Shown in pieces: positions 1-7,950 of a DNA stretch of 32,775 nucleotides. Under the pieces are notes generated by a model, which was not told where the DNA came from, ran no database searches, and saw only the letters and a program-made list of their open reading frames with translations. Numbering within the stretch: position 1 is the first letter of the stretch; every line of letters begins with the position of its first letter. Origin of the DNA: Bdellovibrionota bacterium FG-1 (GTDB lineage: Bacteria > Bdellovibrionota > UBA1018); the NCBI GenBank assembly GCA_051382295.1, contig JBBCAW010000147.1, positions 1 through 32,775 of the forward strand, written 5' to 3'. Position numbers and translations under genes: made by a program.

Positions 1-1
1 A

Positions 2-271
2 TTTTGGAGTCATCATTTCTTAGATTCTTCAAGGCAATTGGGACAAAGTGAATTTCAGCCTTGGTCAGGGGGGGGTATCGGTCAGAAAAGCATGGCAGCA
101 GCCATTCAAAGTGAAGCGATTGGCAAGCTCGCCCTTTTGGTGGATCGATTCAAAGTGCATTTTTCAATTTTTGCCGAGGTTGAATATGATCGCCTCGACT
201 TGTCTAATGCCTCGGACCCGCTTCATCTGGGCGAGGCAGAATTTAACGTTGGGATTGGAGCACGATTCTAA
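2..271 (+). CDS. 3' part of a probable outer-membrane beta-barrel protein (5'-truncated by window)
   Basis: Frame open from position 2; amphipathic strands and C-terminal ...FNVGIGARF (beta-signal-like terminal Phe). Confidence 0.55.
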   Translation, partial: FWSHHFLDSSRQLGQSEFQPWSGGGIGQKSMAAAIQSEAIGKLALLVDRFKVHFSIFAEVEYDRLDLSNASDPLHLGEAEFNVGIGARF

Positions 272-273
272 TC

Positions 274-864
274 GTGGGTTCTAGAAAACTGCAAAATACC
301 TTTCGAAATATCTGGACGGCCCTTGAGTTTACGCTAAAAAACTTTGCGACGCCGATTGTCTTTTTTTGGATGTTTCGCGCCTATGGGGCCAAGCCCGCCA
401 TCGGACTTGCAATCGCGGTGACCTGTCTTCAATTGCTCCTTCATGCGGTGTTTCGCTTGGCGATTTCGCCGTTTTTTCTCGTGGCCTCTGGTTTTACCGT
501 TCTTTTGGGTTCAATTGATTTGCTCGTGGCGAGCCCACGGTTTTTCAGGCTTGAGCCGTTTGCTCAAAATTTCGTCATGGGTACCGTATTTTTGGTGACC
601 CTTTTTACTCGCCTCCCCCTCGTCGCCTGGTTTGCAGCGGCCCTTCCGGAGAAAGTACGCCCCAATTTGGACGAGCACGGGCATCATTATCTTCGAAAAG
701 TGACCCTCGTTTGGGTGGTCTATTTTTATATAAAAAGCTTAATTTTCCTCTACTTGGCCTATCAGGTGGATTTGGGAAATCTGATCCTGTTGCGGAGCCT
801 GATTGGTGGGGTTTCGCTGGTGTTGATGTTCGTGGGGGAAATCATTTTTCGAAAATTCCGTTGA
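274..864 (+). CDS. Inner-membrane protein, YciB/IspZ (VC0807)-like
   Basis: 196 aa, about 5-6 hydrophobic helices; FFRLEPFAQN..GTVFL..L....PL and RKVTLVW..YF resemble the YciB family. Confidence 0.55.
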   Translation: MGSRKLQNTFRNIWTALEFTLKNFATPIVFFWMFRAYGAKPAIGLAIAVTCLQLLLHAVFRLAISPFFLVASGFTVLLGSIDLLVASPRFFRLEPFAQNFVMGTVFLVTLFTRLPLVAWFAAALPEKVRPNLDEHGHHYLRKVTLVWVVYFYIKSLIFLYLAYQVDLGNLILLRSLIGGVSLVLMFVGEIIFRKFR

Positions 865-867
865 AAT

Positions 868-899
868 TTGACTGATCCATATATAAGTATATGTTTATG
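868..899 (+). promoter_or_regulatory. Sigma70-like promoter (TTGACT-N16-TATGTT) overlapped by a putative SmtB/CzrA-type operator
   Basis: TTGACT 868-873, TATGTT 890-895; ATATAAGTATATGTTTATG resembles the ATATGAAnn..TGTTCATAT ArsR/SmtB inverted repeat. Confidence 0.5.
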
Positions 900-905
900 C
901 AATCA

Positions 906-1238
906 GTGCAACTGGCAAAAATCACGGTACAGATGACGAAGGACGCTCGCAGTCGGCGAAAATTTGAGCTTCTGGCCGACACCTTTCAGGCTCTGAGCGA
1001 TACGACGAGAGTTCAAATCGTATGGGTGCTCTCGCGCGGCGAACTTTGCGTGGGAGATTTAGCGAAGTCCCTCTCGATGAGTCAGCCGGCCGTGAGCCAT
1101 CATTTGCGTACTCTGCGCAATCTTCAACTGGTTAAAGTACGTCGCGATGGGCGGGCTTCTTTCTATTCCCTCGACGACGAACACATTGATCGAATGCTGG
1201 AGCAGGGGCTTTTGCATGTGGAGGATTTACTCGAATGA
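906..1238 (+). CDS. SmtB/CzrA-type ArsR-family metalloregulatory repressor (start uncertain: 891, 897, 906 GTG or 933)
   Basis: FQALSDTTRVQI, ELCVGDLA (alpha3), SQPAVSHHLRTLR HTH, alpha5 site D-E-H-x10-H-x2-D. Confidence 0.92.
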   Translation: MQLAKITVQMTKDARSRRKFELLADTFQALSDTTRVQIVWVLSRGELCVGDLAKSLSMSQPAVSHHLRTLRNLQLVKVRRDGRASFYSLDDEHIDRMLEQGLLHVEDLLE

Positions 1239-1507
1239 GTGGCAACATAAAATTAGGTGAACTCAAGCGCGGTTTTCACGCCCAGATTGTTTCAGTCGGT
1301 TCGGCGTGGGAATTGGGGACTCGTGAGGATAATGAAATGATTGCGCGTCTCATGGAAATGGGACTGATTGAAGGGTCCTCGATCGAGGTAGTCCATGAAG
1401 CCCCTTTTAGCGGAGATCCGATCGCTGTCCGAGTGCGCGGCGCTTTGATTGCTTTGAGGCGTAATGAAGCGAACCATGTTTGGGTCAAGCGTGTGAGTGC
1501 AGTATGA
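1235..1507 (+). CDS. feoA: Ferrous iron transport protein A
   Basis: RLMEMGLIEG..APFSGDPIAVRVRG..IALRRNEA; GGAGG SD; ATGA overlap with upstream stop. Confidence 0.95.
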   Translation: MSGNIKLGELKRGFHAQIVSVGSAWELGTREDNEMIARLMEMGLIEGSSIEVVHEAPFSGDPIAVRVRGALIALRRNEANHVWVKRVSAV

Positions 1508-3387
1508 GTGATTCCATTCCTTTGATTGCCTTGGCTGGAAATCCTAACTGTGGCAAAACCGCATTGTTTAATGCCATCACGGGCAGTCGCCAAAAGGTTG
1601 GAAATTATCCAGGGGTGACCGTCGAACGCAAGGAGGGAAGCGTCGTCACCGCTTCCGGGCAAACCCTCAATTTATTGGATCTTCCCGGCACTTATAGTTT
1701 GGACGCGCGAACCCCGGACGAAGCCATTACCCGAGATGTGATTTTGGGTTTGCAAGAGCACGAAAAAGTCCCCCATGTTCTCGTTGCCGTGGCTGACGCC
1801 AATAATCTCGAACGCAATTTGGGTCTGGTGCTCGAGCTTCGTGCACTGAATCGACCTGTTGTGTTGGCCCTCAATATGATGGATTTAGCTCACGAGCGAG
1901 GTCTCGAGTTGGACCTAGAGGTTTTGGCCCGAGAGATCGGTGCGCCCGTGGTGCCTACCGTTGCTGTCAAGCGACAGGGTATTGATGAACTCATGAAGCA
2001 GGTCGAGCGCCAAATTCAGGCGTCTGATCCTCTCCCCGTGTCTTCAGACACTCGTGGTGGATGGTCGCGGCCGACCGCGGATCAGATTCGTGCTCGTTTT
2101 GCGGATGTGGATCGGATTATTCGTGCGGCTACGCGCAAAGTTTCGCGCCCGGCGCTTTGGACGGATCGGATCGATCGAGTGGTTTTGCATCCGCTTTGGG
2201 GTACTCTTTTATTGCTGACGGTTTTAGCGATTTTATTTCAGGCTATTTTTACTTGGGCCGCCGCACCGATGGATTGGATCAAGGCGGGTGTCCAGTACTT
2301 TGGAACCTTAGTCGCGAGTTGGATGCCCGCCGGGCCGCTGCAGAGTTTGCTCGTGGATGGCGTGATTGCCGGGGTGGGCGCGGTGCTCGTATTTCTTCCG
2401 CAAATTCTCCTCCTTTTTCTTTTTATTTTGGTGCTTGAAGACTCGGGCTATATGGCGCGGGCGGCTTTTTTGATGGATCGTCTCATGGGAAGGGTGGGGC
2501 TTCATGGGCGAGCCTTCATTCCGCTGCTTTCGTCTTTCGCGTGTGCCATTCCGGGGATTATGGCGACTCGAACAATCGAGAACCGTCGTGATCGTCTGAC
2601 GACGATATTAGTCGCACCCTTGATGACTTGTTCGGCGCGGCTTCCGATTTACTCACTTCTGGTCGCAGCCTTTATTCCGAATGTGGCTATTTTGGGTCCA
2701 ATTAAGTTGCAGGGTCTGGTGATGTTAGGCCTGTATTTGGCCGGAATTTTCGCGGCCTTGGTGATGGCGGTGATTTTTCGTAGGACACTTTTAAAAGGTC
2801 CGCGGCCCCCGCTTTTGATGGAGCTTCCAACTTATAAGTGGCCGAGCCCGCGCAGCGTGGTTTATGGTTTGTTTGAACGCGCGCGGCTGTTTTTGAGACG
2901 CGCCGGCACGGTCATTCTCAGTTTATCCGTGTTGCTTTGGTTCTTGGCGTCTTATCCCAAGCCATCGCTTCAGGTGCCCCAAGGCGTGATCGAACCCGCG
3001 ATTTCTTATAGTTATGCGGGAAGAATTGGGCATGCGATTGAACCACTGGTGAGGCCGATCGGGTTCAATTGGCGAATCGCGGTAGCGATGATTCCAGGCT
3101 TTGCCGCGCGCGAAGTGATGATCAGTGCGCTGGGTACCGTTTACGCGGTGGAAAACCACGAGCAGAAATTGGGAGATCGCCTTGCAAAAGACTGGAGCGT
3201 GGCGACGGCGTTGAGTTTGCTGGTTTGGTACGTCCTCGCTTGCCAGTGCCTTTCGACTTTGGCAGTGACTCGGCGAGAGACCAATTCGTGGAGGTGGCCC
3301 GCCGTCATGTTAGGTTATATGACTGTCCTGGCCTATTTAGGGTCTTTTGCGACCTTTCATTTGGCTCGGTTGGCGGGGCTGGGGTGA
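1504..3387 (+). CDS. feoB: Ferrous iron transporter B (GTPase + membrane domain)
   Basis: G1 GNPNCGKT, G2 VGNYPGVTVE, G3 DLPG, G4 NMMD; EDSGYMARAAFLMDR, CSARLP, ELPTY; ATG 1504 overlaps feoA stop (ATGA). Confidence 0.97.
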   Translation: MSDSIPLIALAGNPNCGKTALFNAITGSRQKVGNYPGVTVERKEGSVVTASGQTLNLLDLPGTYSLDARTPDEAITRDVILGLQEHEKVPHVLVAVADANNLERNLGLVLELRALNRPVVLALNMMDLAHERGLELDLEVLAREIGAPVVPTVAVKRQGIDELMKQVERQIQASDPLPVSSDTRGGWSRPTADQIRARFADVDRIIRAATRKVSRPALWTDRIDRVVLHPLWGTLLLLTVLAILFQAIFTWAAAPMDWIKAGVQYFGTLVASWMPAGPLQSLLVDGVIAGVGAVLVFLPQILLLFLFILVLEDSGYMARAAFLMDRLMGRVGLHGRAFIPLLSSFACAIPGIMATRTIENRRDRLTTILVAPLMTCSARLPIYSLLVAAFIPNVAILGPIKLQGLVMLGLYLAGIFAALVMAVIFRRTLLKGPRPPLLMELPTYKWPSPRSVVYGLFERARLFLRRAGTVILSLSVLLWFLASYPKPSLQVPQGVIEPAISYSYAGRIGHAIEPLVRPIGFNWRIAVAMIPGFAAREVMISALGTVYAVENHEQKLGDRLAKDWSVATALSLLVWYVLACQCLSTLAVTRRETNSWRWPAVMLGYMTVLAYLGSFATFHLARLAGLG

Positions 3388-3395
3388 ATGTTTAA

Positions 3396-3611
3396 ATGAT
3401 GACCTGGCTTAATCCGCAGCTTCAAGAGGTGATCGTCTTTGGCATCGTCGCGATTGCGGTGTTGGGAATGATCTATCGATTTTATAGAAAATCCGTGGCG
3501 GGGCCAGTGGCTCGTTGGTTGCTCAAGCGGGGCAAAGTGGGGTTAGCGATGAGCATTCGCGGCCATGAAATAAAGGCTTCAGGGTGTGATTCGTGTCCGG
3601 CGGAGAAGTAG
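3396..3611 (+). CDS. FeoB-associated small Cys-containing membrane protein
   Basis: 71 aa, one N-terminal TM helix, basic linker, C-terminal GCDSC; 8 nt after feoB. Confidence 0.75.
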   Translation: MMTWLNPQLQEVIVFGIVAIAVLGMIYRFYRKSVAGPVARWLLKRGKVGLAMSIRGHEIKASGCDSCPAEK

Positions 3612-3668
3612 GGTTACGAGGTTACTTTGTATTTGACGCAATGCATTATCTTGAGATATACCCTCCTT

Positions 3669-4532
3669 ATGCTGCGGTTGGGCTTTCCTCATTTTAATTT
3701 GGCACTTCTAGGACTCTTGCTGGTCTCTTTGGCCCCCATTTTCGGTCACGCCGCCGACGTCACGCCACCCATGATCGAAGTAGGGGCTGGCATCGAGGCG
3801 GATCCCTATGACCCGGTCGAAGTTGCGCTTCGAGTTAATGTAGAAGGTATGGGGTTACGGCATGTTGCCGGAATTCCTGCTCTTGTTTTTGCGCGTCTTC
3901 GGGGTGATCTCGCGGTTGCAACGGATGCCAATGGTAGGCGCATCACTTATGCGGATGTCGAGTTTGTGCCGGCTGTTTTCAGGACCGGTGAGGGCGTGAG
4001 TGCACGAGAGATTCGAGTGCTGCCGACCCATGTGGGGACCGATATTCATCTCAATCAAGATCTCGTGATTCGCGTTGATGCGATTGGGGTGGGTACCCGC
4101 TATCTTGGGCCGTCACACATCAGTGAGCGCGCTTTGATTTATGCCAAAGTTGCGGCGGATGCCTTGGGTTATCGAATGGCCACTCACCTGTCAGATCACG
4201 CGCATTTTTATGGCGTTAACCTGGTGGCTTTGAATGCCGAACTCGGGCTTGTCATAGCGACTGGACCCTTTAAGGTGCGAATTACTTTTGGGGGGGCGGC
4301 CGATCTCAACCTGGGCGGAAACGTAGGTCAGAGCTTCGCCATCGAAAGCGACATAAAAGCCTATAACGAAGTGAGTTTTGATGTGGCGAAGTTTTTCAGA
4401 ATTTTTATTCGCAACAGTCTCAATGCCGCTTTTCATTCGAGCCCATTTGGGACCTCCGAGGCTGATCCGCAGGGCGATAATGGAACGGAGTATGATTACC
4501 AGTTCATGGCCGGGGCGACCTTTATTTTTTAA
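3669..4532 (+). CDS. Exported protein, probable outer-membrane beta-barrel
   Basis: Signal peptide from ATG 3669 (MLRLGF...GHA-A), beta-rich, ends YQFMAGATFIF; TTGACG-N18-TATACC upstream. Confidence 0.6.
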   Translation: MLRLGFPHFNLALLGLLLVSLAPIFGHAADVTPPMIEVGAGIEADPYDPVEVALRVNVEGMGLRHVAGIPALVFARLRGDLAVATDANGRRITYADVEFVPAVFRTGEGVSAREIRVLPTHVGTDIHLNQDLVIRVDAIGVGTRYLGPSHISERALIYAKVAADALGYRMATHLSDHAHFYGVNLVALNAELGLVIATGPFKVRITFGGAADLNLGGNVGQSFAIESDIKAYNEVSFDVAKFFRIFIRNSLNAAFHSSPFGTSEADPQGDNGTEYDYQFMAGATFIF

Positions 4533-4942
4533 TGCGGAATCTCCACATTCAACGCAAAGTGCGTCAGCCCCGCTTGTCTTAAAGCATCCATCAGTTTGAT
4601 CACGGTGCCGTGGGGCGTGGCCTCATCCGCCGTGATGAGAGCGGTTTGGTCGGTCACTGTGGCGCTGAGCGTAGCCAGACGCTTGCCGAGCTCATCCCAG
4701 GTGAGATTGGTTTTATCCCAGCTGAGTTGGCCGTCTTTAGTAATCGTAAAATTAAAGGGGCTTTTTGGGGATTCTTGGCCCGTTTTGGCTTTGGGGAGTT
4801 GAACCTTGATCGCGGATTGGTAGATTGCCGGTGCGGTGATCATAAAAATAATCAACAGCACGAGCACGACATCGACCAAAGGGGTGACGTTGATTCCAGA
4901 GATAAAGTCTTCGTCGGACGAATTGCCAAAACCCCCTGCCAT
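4529..4942 (-). CDS. exbD: ExbD/TolR family motor subunit
   Basis: INVTPLVDVVLVLLIIFMITAP with conserved Asp; ITAD...HG.VI.LMD.LR.AG; AGGA SD. Confidence 0.9.
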   Translation of the reverse strand: MAGGFGNSSDEDFISGINVTPLVDVVLVLLIIFMITAPAIYQSAIKVQLPKAKTGQESPKSPFNFTITKDGQLSWDKTNLTWDELGKRLATLSATVTDQTALITADEATPHGTVIKLMDALRQAGLTHFALNVEIPH

Positions 4943-4966
4943 TTCGTATCCTTTCTGAGAAGACGG

Positions 4967-5608
4967 CTATTTCGAAAGTTTGCCGATTAAAAAACTTTTG
5001 AGTGCTTCGGCCTCAGCAAGGGCCACTTTGACTCGACGTTGAAAGAGATTGAACGCAACCACAGCGGGTATCGCGACCAGTAGTCCCACGGCGGTTGCCA
5101 CCAGCGCCTCTGAAATCCCTGCGGTCACGGTGGAGGCCCCTTGGGCTACCTGTCGTGAAAGATCATGGAATGCCTTGATAATGCCAAGGACGGTGCCGAA
5201 TAACCCAATGAAGGGAGCGTTTGATCCAATCGTGGCCAGAACCGCTAAATTGCGGTCCCATTCCAGCCGGGCTCTCAACACGGGATCTTGCGCCACTTCG
5301 GTGAGGATGTCGGGAGTGCTCTTGGGAGGGTGCGAGAGCAGGGCATGGGCCATTTGCGTTTCAAGGTCAGGCGTACCCCCCATCTGCTTGAGCCGCGCGT
5401 CGGCCGTTTTAGCCGCTGCCGCCCAGTTGCCCTCAGTGGCCTGTACCCGAAGCTGCTGCCGAAAGCCCTCGAGTTCTCGGCTAGCCGTTCGGTAGAACCG
5501 CACGCGTTCAATGATGAGAGTGACTGAAAGGAGTGATAGCAGAACGAGTAAATAAAGAACCCATTCGGCACCCACCAACGAGATCCCAAGAAACAGATGT
5601 GAAAGCAT
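4967..5608 (-). CDS. exbB: MotA/TolQ/ExbB proton channel protein
   Basis: LATIGSNAPFIGLFGTVLGII, GISEALVATAVGLLVAIPAV. Confidence 0.9.
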   Translation of the reverse strand: MLSHLFLGISLVGAEWVLYLLVLLSLLSVTLIIERVRFYRTASRELEGFRQQLRVQATEGNWAAAAKTADARLKQMGGTPDLETQMAHALLSHPPKSTPDILTEVAQDPVLRARLEWDRNLAVLATIGSNAPFIGLFGTVLGIIKAFHDLSRQVAQGASTVTAGISEALVATAVGLLVAIPAVVAFNLFQRRVKVALAEAEALKSFLIGKLSK

Positions 5609-5704
5609 AGTAGGTTAACGGTAACACCAAGTCGTGTTCTCGGGGAGGCTGAATATTTTGCCCAATGAATTCTTTTTTTTTATCTCGTAAGATGGTTTTA
5701 CGGA

Positions 5705-6484
5705 ATGTCGGCCAAGCTGAGATTGATTCTAGTGAGTTTAGGTATAATCGCCTGGGGTATGGGTGGCTGTGCGACTGTGCCGGAGCCAAAATACGAACGC
5801 TACGTTTTTCCGAAAAACGTCTTTATCGGTGAAGTGAGTCGCCCGTATACCGTCTTGGGACCTGTTCGCAGCAAGGTGGATTACGCCACTTTGGACGCAG
5901 TTCGGGAAGAAAAGGATCTGTGCCGGAATTATTATAATAAATCCGCTCGTGAATTGCTGAGGTTTGCCAAGAAACAGGGTGCCGACGCCGTGGTCGATGT
6001 GCAGTCCGTTGTGTTTTTGGAAGACGGCAGGCGGGAGACCTATAAAACACCCGAGTGTTCGGATGATGGTGGAGAAGGTCAAATTCTCACTCAGGGGATT
6101 GCCGTGAAATGGAAGGGTGCCGGCGCTGAAAATGGTCTCTGGGCGCCGTTAGTACAAACTCCCTCACCATTGGTTGTACCTTCTTCGGGTGTGACGGCAA
6201 TCTTACCCAGCCCCTCCCCGTTGTCCGTCGCTCAGCCGGAACCCTTGGCGCAACCTGAGAGTGAGCCAGTTGCGGAGCCTACTACCTCGATATCGCCTCA
6301 GGCGCCTACGCGTATTGAAATGGTTCCGTTAGAAACCCCTCCTCAAGTTGAGGTACCCCCATCGCCGCTTCAACCCATAGCAACGCCTAAACTCCCCGCT
6401 AAGTTGAAGGCCGAACGATCAGTTTTGCCTGTGGAACGCTACCGTTTTGGTGATCCTCGGGCCGTGCCCGGGTTTTTTCCGTAA
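5705..6484 (+). CDS. Lipoprotein with YbjQ/RcsF-like domain and Pro-rich tail
   Basis: Lipobox-like GGC; YTVLGPV...ELLRFAKKQGADAVVDV; about 110-aa Pro/Glu-rich C-terminus. Confidence 0.65.
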   Translation: MSAKLRLILVSLGIIAWGMGGCATVPEPKYERYVFPKNVFIGEVSRPYTVLGPVRSKVDYATLDAVREEKDLCRNYYNKSARELLRFAKKQGADAVVDVQSVVFLEDGRRETYKTPECSDDGGEGQILTQGIAVKWKGAGAENGLWAPLVQTPSPLVVPSSGVTAILPSPSPLSVAQPEPLAQPESEPVAEPTTSISPQAPTRIEMVPLETPPQVEVPPSPLQPIATPKLPAKLKAERSVLPVERYRFGDPRAVPGFFP

Positions 6485-6536
6485 TTACCCAAGGCTTTGC
6501 GAAACCGCCCTGGGGCGCGAGCCGAATAAGAGTCTT

Positions 6537-7865
6537 TCAGGTGGCGACCGAAGTGGCGTTTTCAGGCCACCGCGACCGCGCCACCTTCACTAAGTCATCC
6601 GCCGAGTCCGTATAGCCTGCTTCATATGAACGCTCGATCAGAATCTTATAGATCAACGGGTCATGGAGACCCTGCTTGATATACTCGCGTCCCCGTGCGA
6701 TCGCAAAAGAGGGGCCTTGAACCTTGTCCGTCAGAAGCAAATTGCAAGCAGCGTAGTCGGTGCCCTTCTGGGCCCCTAGGGGAAACTTGATCAGGAATTC
6801 TTCGGCTGCTTGGAATTGGCCGTGCTCCGTGAGCGAGATGACAATTTCACGAAAAATGCGGGTTTTTCCGCCGCAGCTCACGGTCGCCTTATTAAAGTAG
6901 CTCACGCATCGTTCTAGATTGGCTGATTTAAGGTAAAATTTTCCCGCCACCACGAGCGCCGCGCACATCGTTCGAACCATTTCTTCCGTGCGATGATCGA
7001 TGTTTTTGTAGGTTTCATAATACTGATCAATATCATCAAAGTTTCCCGTTTGAATTGCCAGGCGCAGCACGCCGTTGAGGCGTTGAGGATTGGCCGGAAA
7101 ATAGCCCGATATTTTACGAATGACCTGATAGGCGCGTTGATGTTCGCCTTTTTTTAGGAGGAGTTCATGCAGTCCTACCAGGCTTTTATAGTGAATTTGA
7201 TTGTAACCGAGGCCCTCTTCAAAATGCTCAAGAGCCCCTTCATAGGCTTGCTTGAGCATTTTTGCCTGAGCGAGGTAATAGCAAGCCAGCTCTGGGGTGG
7301 TATCCAGCGATTTTGCTTTTTCAAAATTGCCAAAAGCATCGTCATAGCGGCCTTCATTCATCGCCATTTTGCCTTTGTCGATCTCGATTAAATAAGCCGG
7401 TGGTCTCAATTTACTGATAGCCGTCTTGAGAATGGCAGCCTTGAGCGAAGTCGGTGTAAAAGGCTTAATGATAAAGGTGTCGATGTCTTCTTCCGCGGCG
7501 CGGGCGATCGCGGACTGACTCGTGTTTCCCGTGACCAAAATAAACAGCGTGTCTTTGCTTTCGGGGCGCGTGGCACGTTGTTCTGGCAAAAGATCCAAGC
7601 CACAGCGTTTTCCGAGATCGTAGTCGCAAATGACCACATTGGGCTTAAGCCTCACGATCGCTTCCCGAGCGTCGTCGTAGTTGGTCGTGAGGGTCATGTC
7701 CGTCGTGCGGGCGCCGAGAGCCGCAAGACACTGCGCAATCACCACTCGCGAAATACTGTTCGAGTCGGCAATGACGGTTTTTTTCCCGACAAGATATTCC
7801 GCGAAGGTTTGTTCTTGTTCAGTAGCAAACTCTTTTTGACCCAAGAGGGGGCGATAATTCATCAT
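6537..7865 (-). CDS. Response regulator receiver fused to TPR repeats
   Basis: VIADSN, VVICDYDL (acceptor Asp), FILVTG, IIKPF; TPR-like helical repeats follow; AAGGAAG SD. Confidence 0.85.
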   Translation of the reverse strand: MMNYRPLLGQKEFATEQEQTFAEYLVGKKTVIADSNSISRVVIAQCLAALGARTTDMTLTTNYDDAREAIVRLKPNVVICDYDLGKRCGLDLLPEQRATRPESKDTLFILVTGNTSQSAIARAAEEDIDTFIIKPFTPTSLKAAILKTAISKLRPPAYLIEIDKGKMAMNEGRYDDAFGNFEKAKSLDTTPELACYYLAQAKMLKQAYEGALEHFEEGLGYNQIHYKSLVGLHELLLKKGEHQRAYQVIRKISGYFPANPQRLNGVLRLAIQTGNFDDIDQYYETYKNIDHRTEEMVRTMCAALVVAGKFYLKSANLERCVSYFNKATVSCGGKTRIFREIVISLTEHGQFQAAEEFLIKFPLGAQKGTDYAACNLLLTDKVQGPSFAIARGREYIKQGLHDPLIYKILIERSYEAGYTDSADDLVKVARSRWPENATSVAT

Positions 7866-7922
7866 CTTTCATTCACTTCCTTCTTGGGATTATAAAGGAA
7901 ATATCTAGAAAAAAAGATCGGC

Positions 7923-7943
7923 AAAAACTGCCGCCCCGGCGGT
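7923..7943 (-). terminator. Possible weak intrinsic terminator after lpdA
   Basis: Minus strand ACCGCCG-GGG-CGGCAGT followed by a T run, just past the lpdA stop. Confidence 0.3.
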
Positions 7944-7950
7944 GTGAAAA

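Noticed and set aside
3632..3650. Fur box
   Set aside because: Only one half-site matches; kept only as a remark
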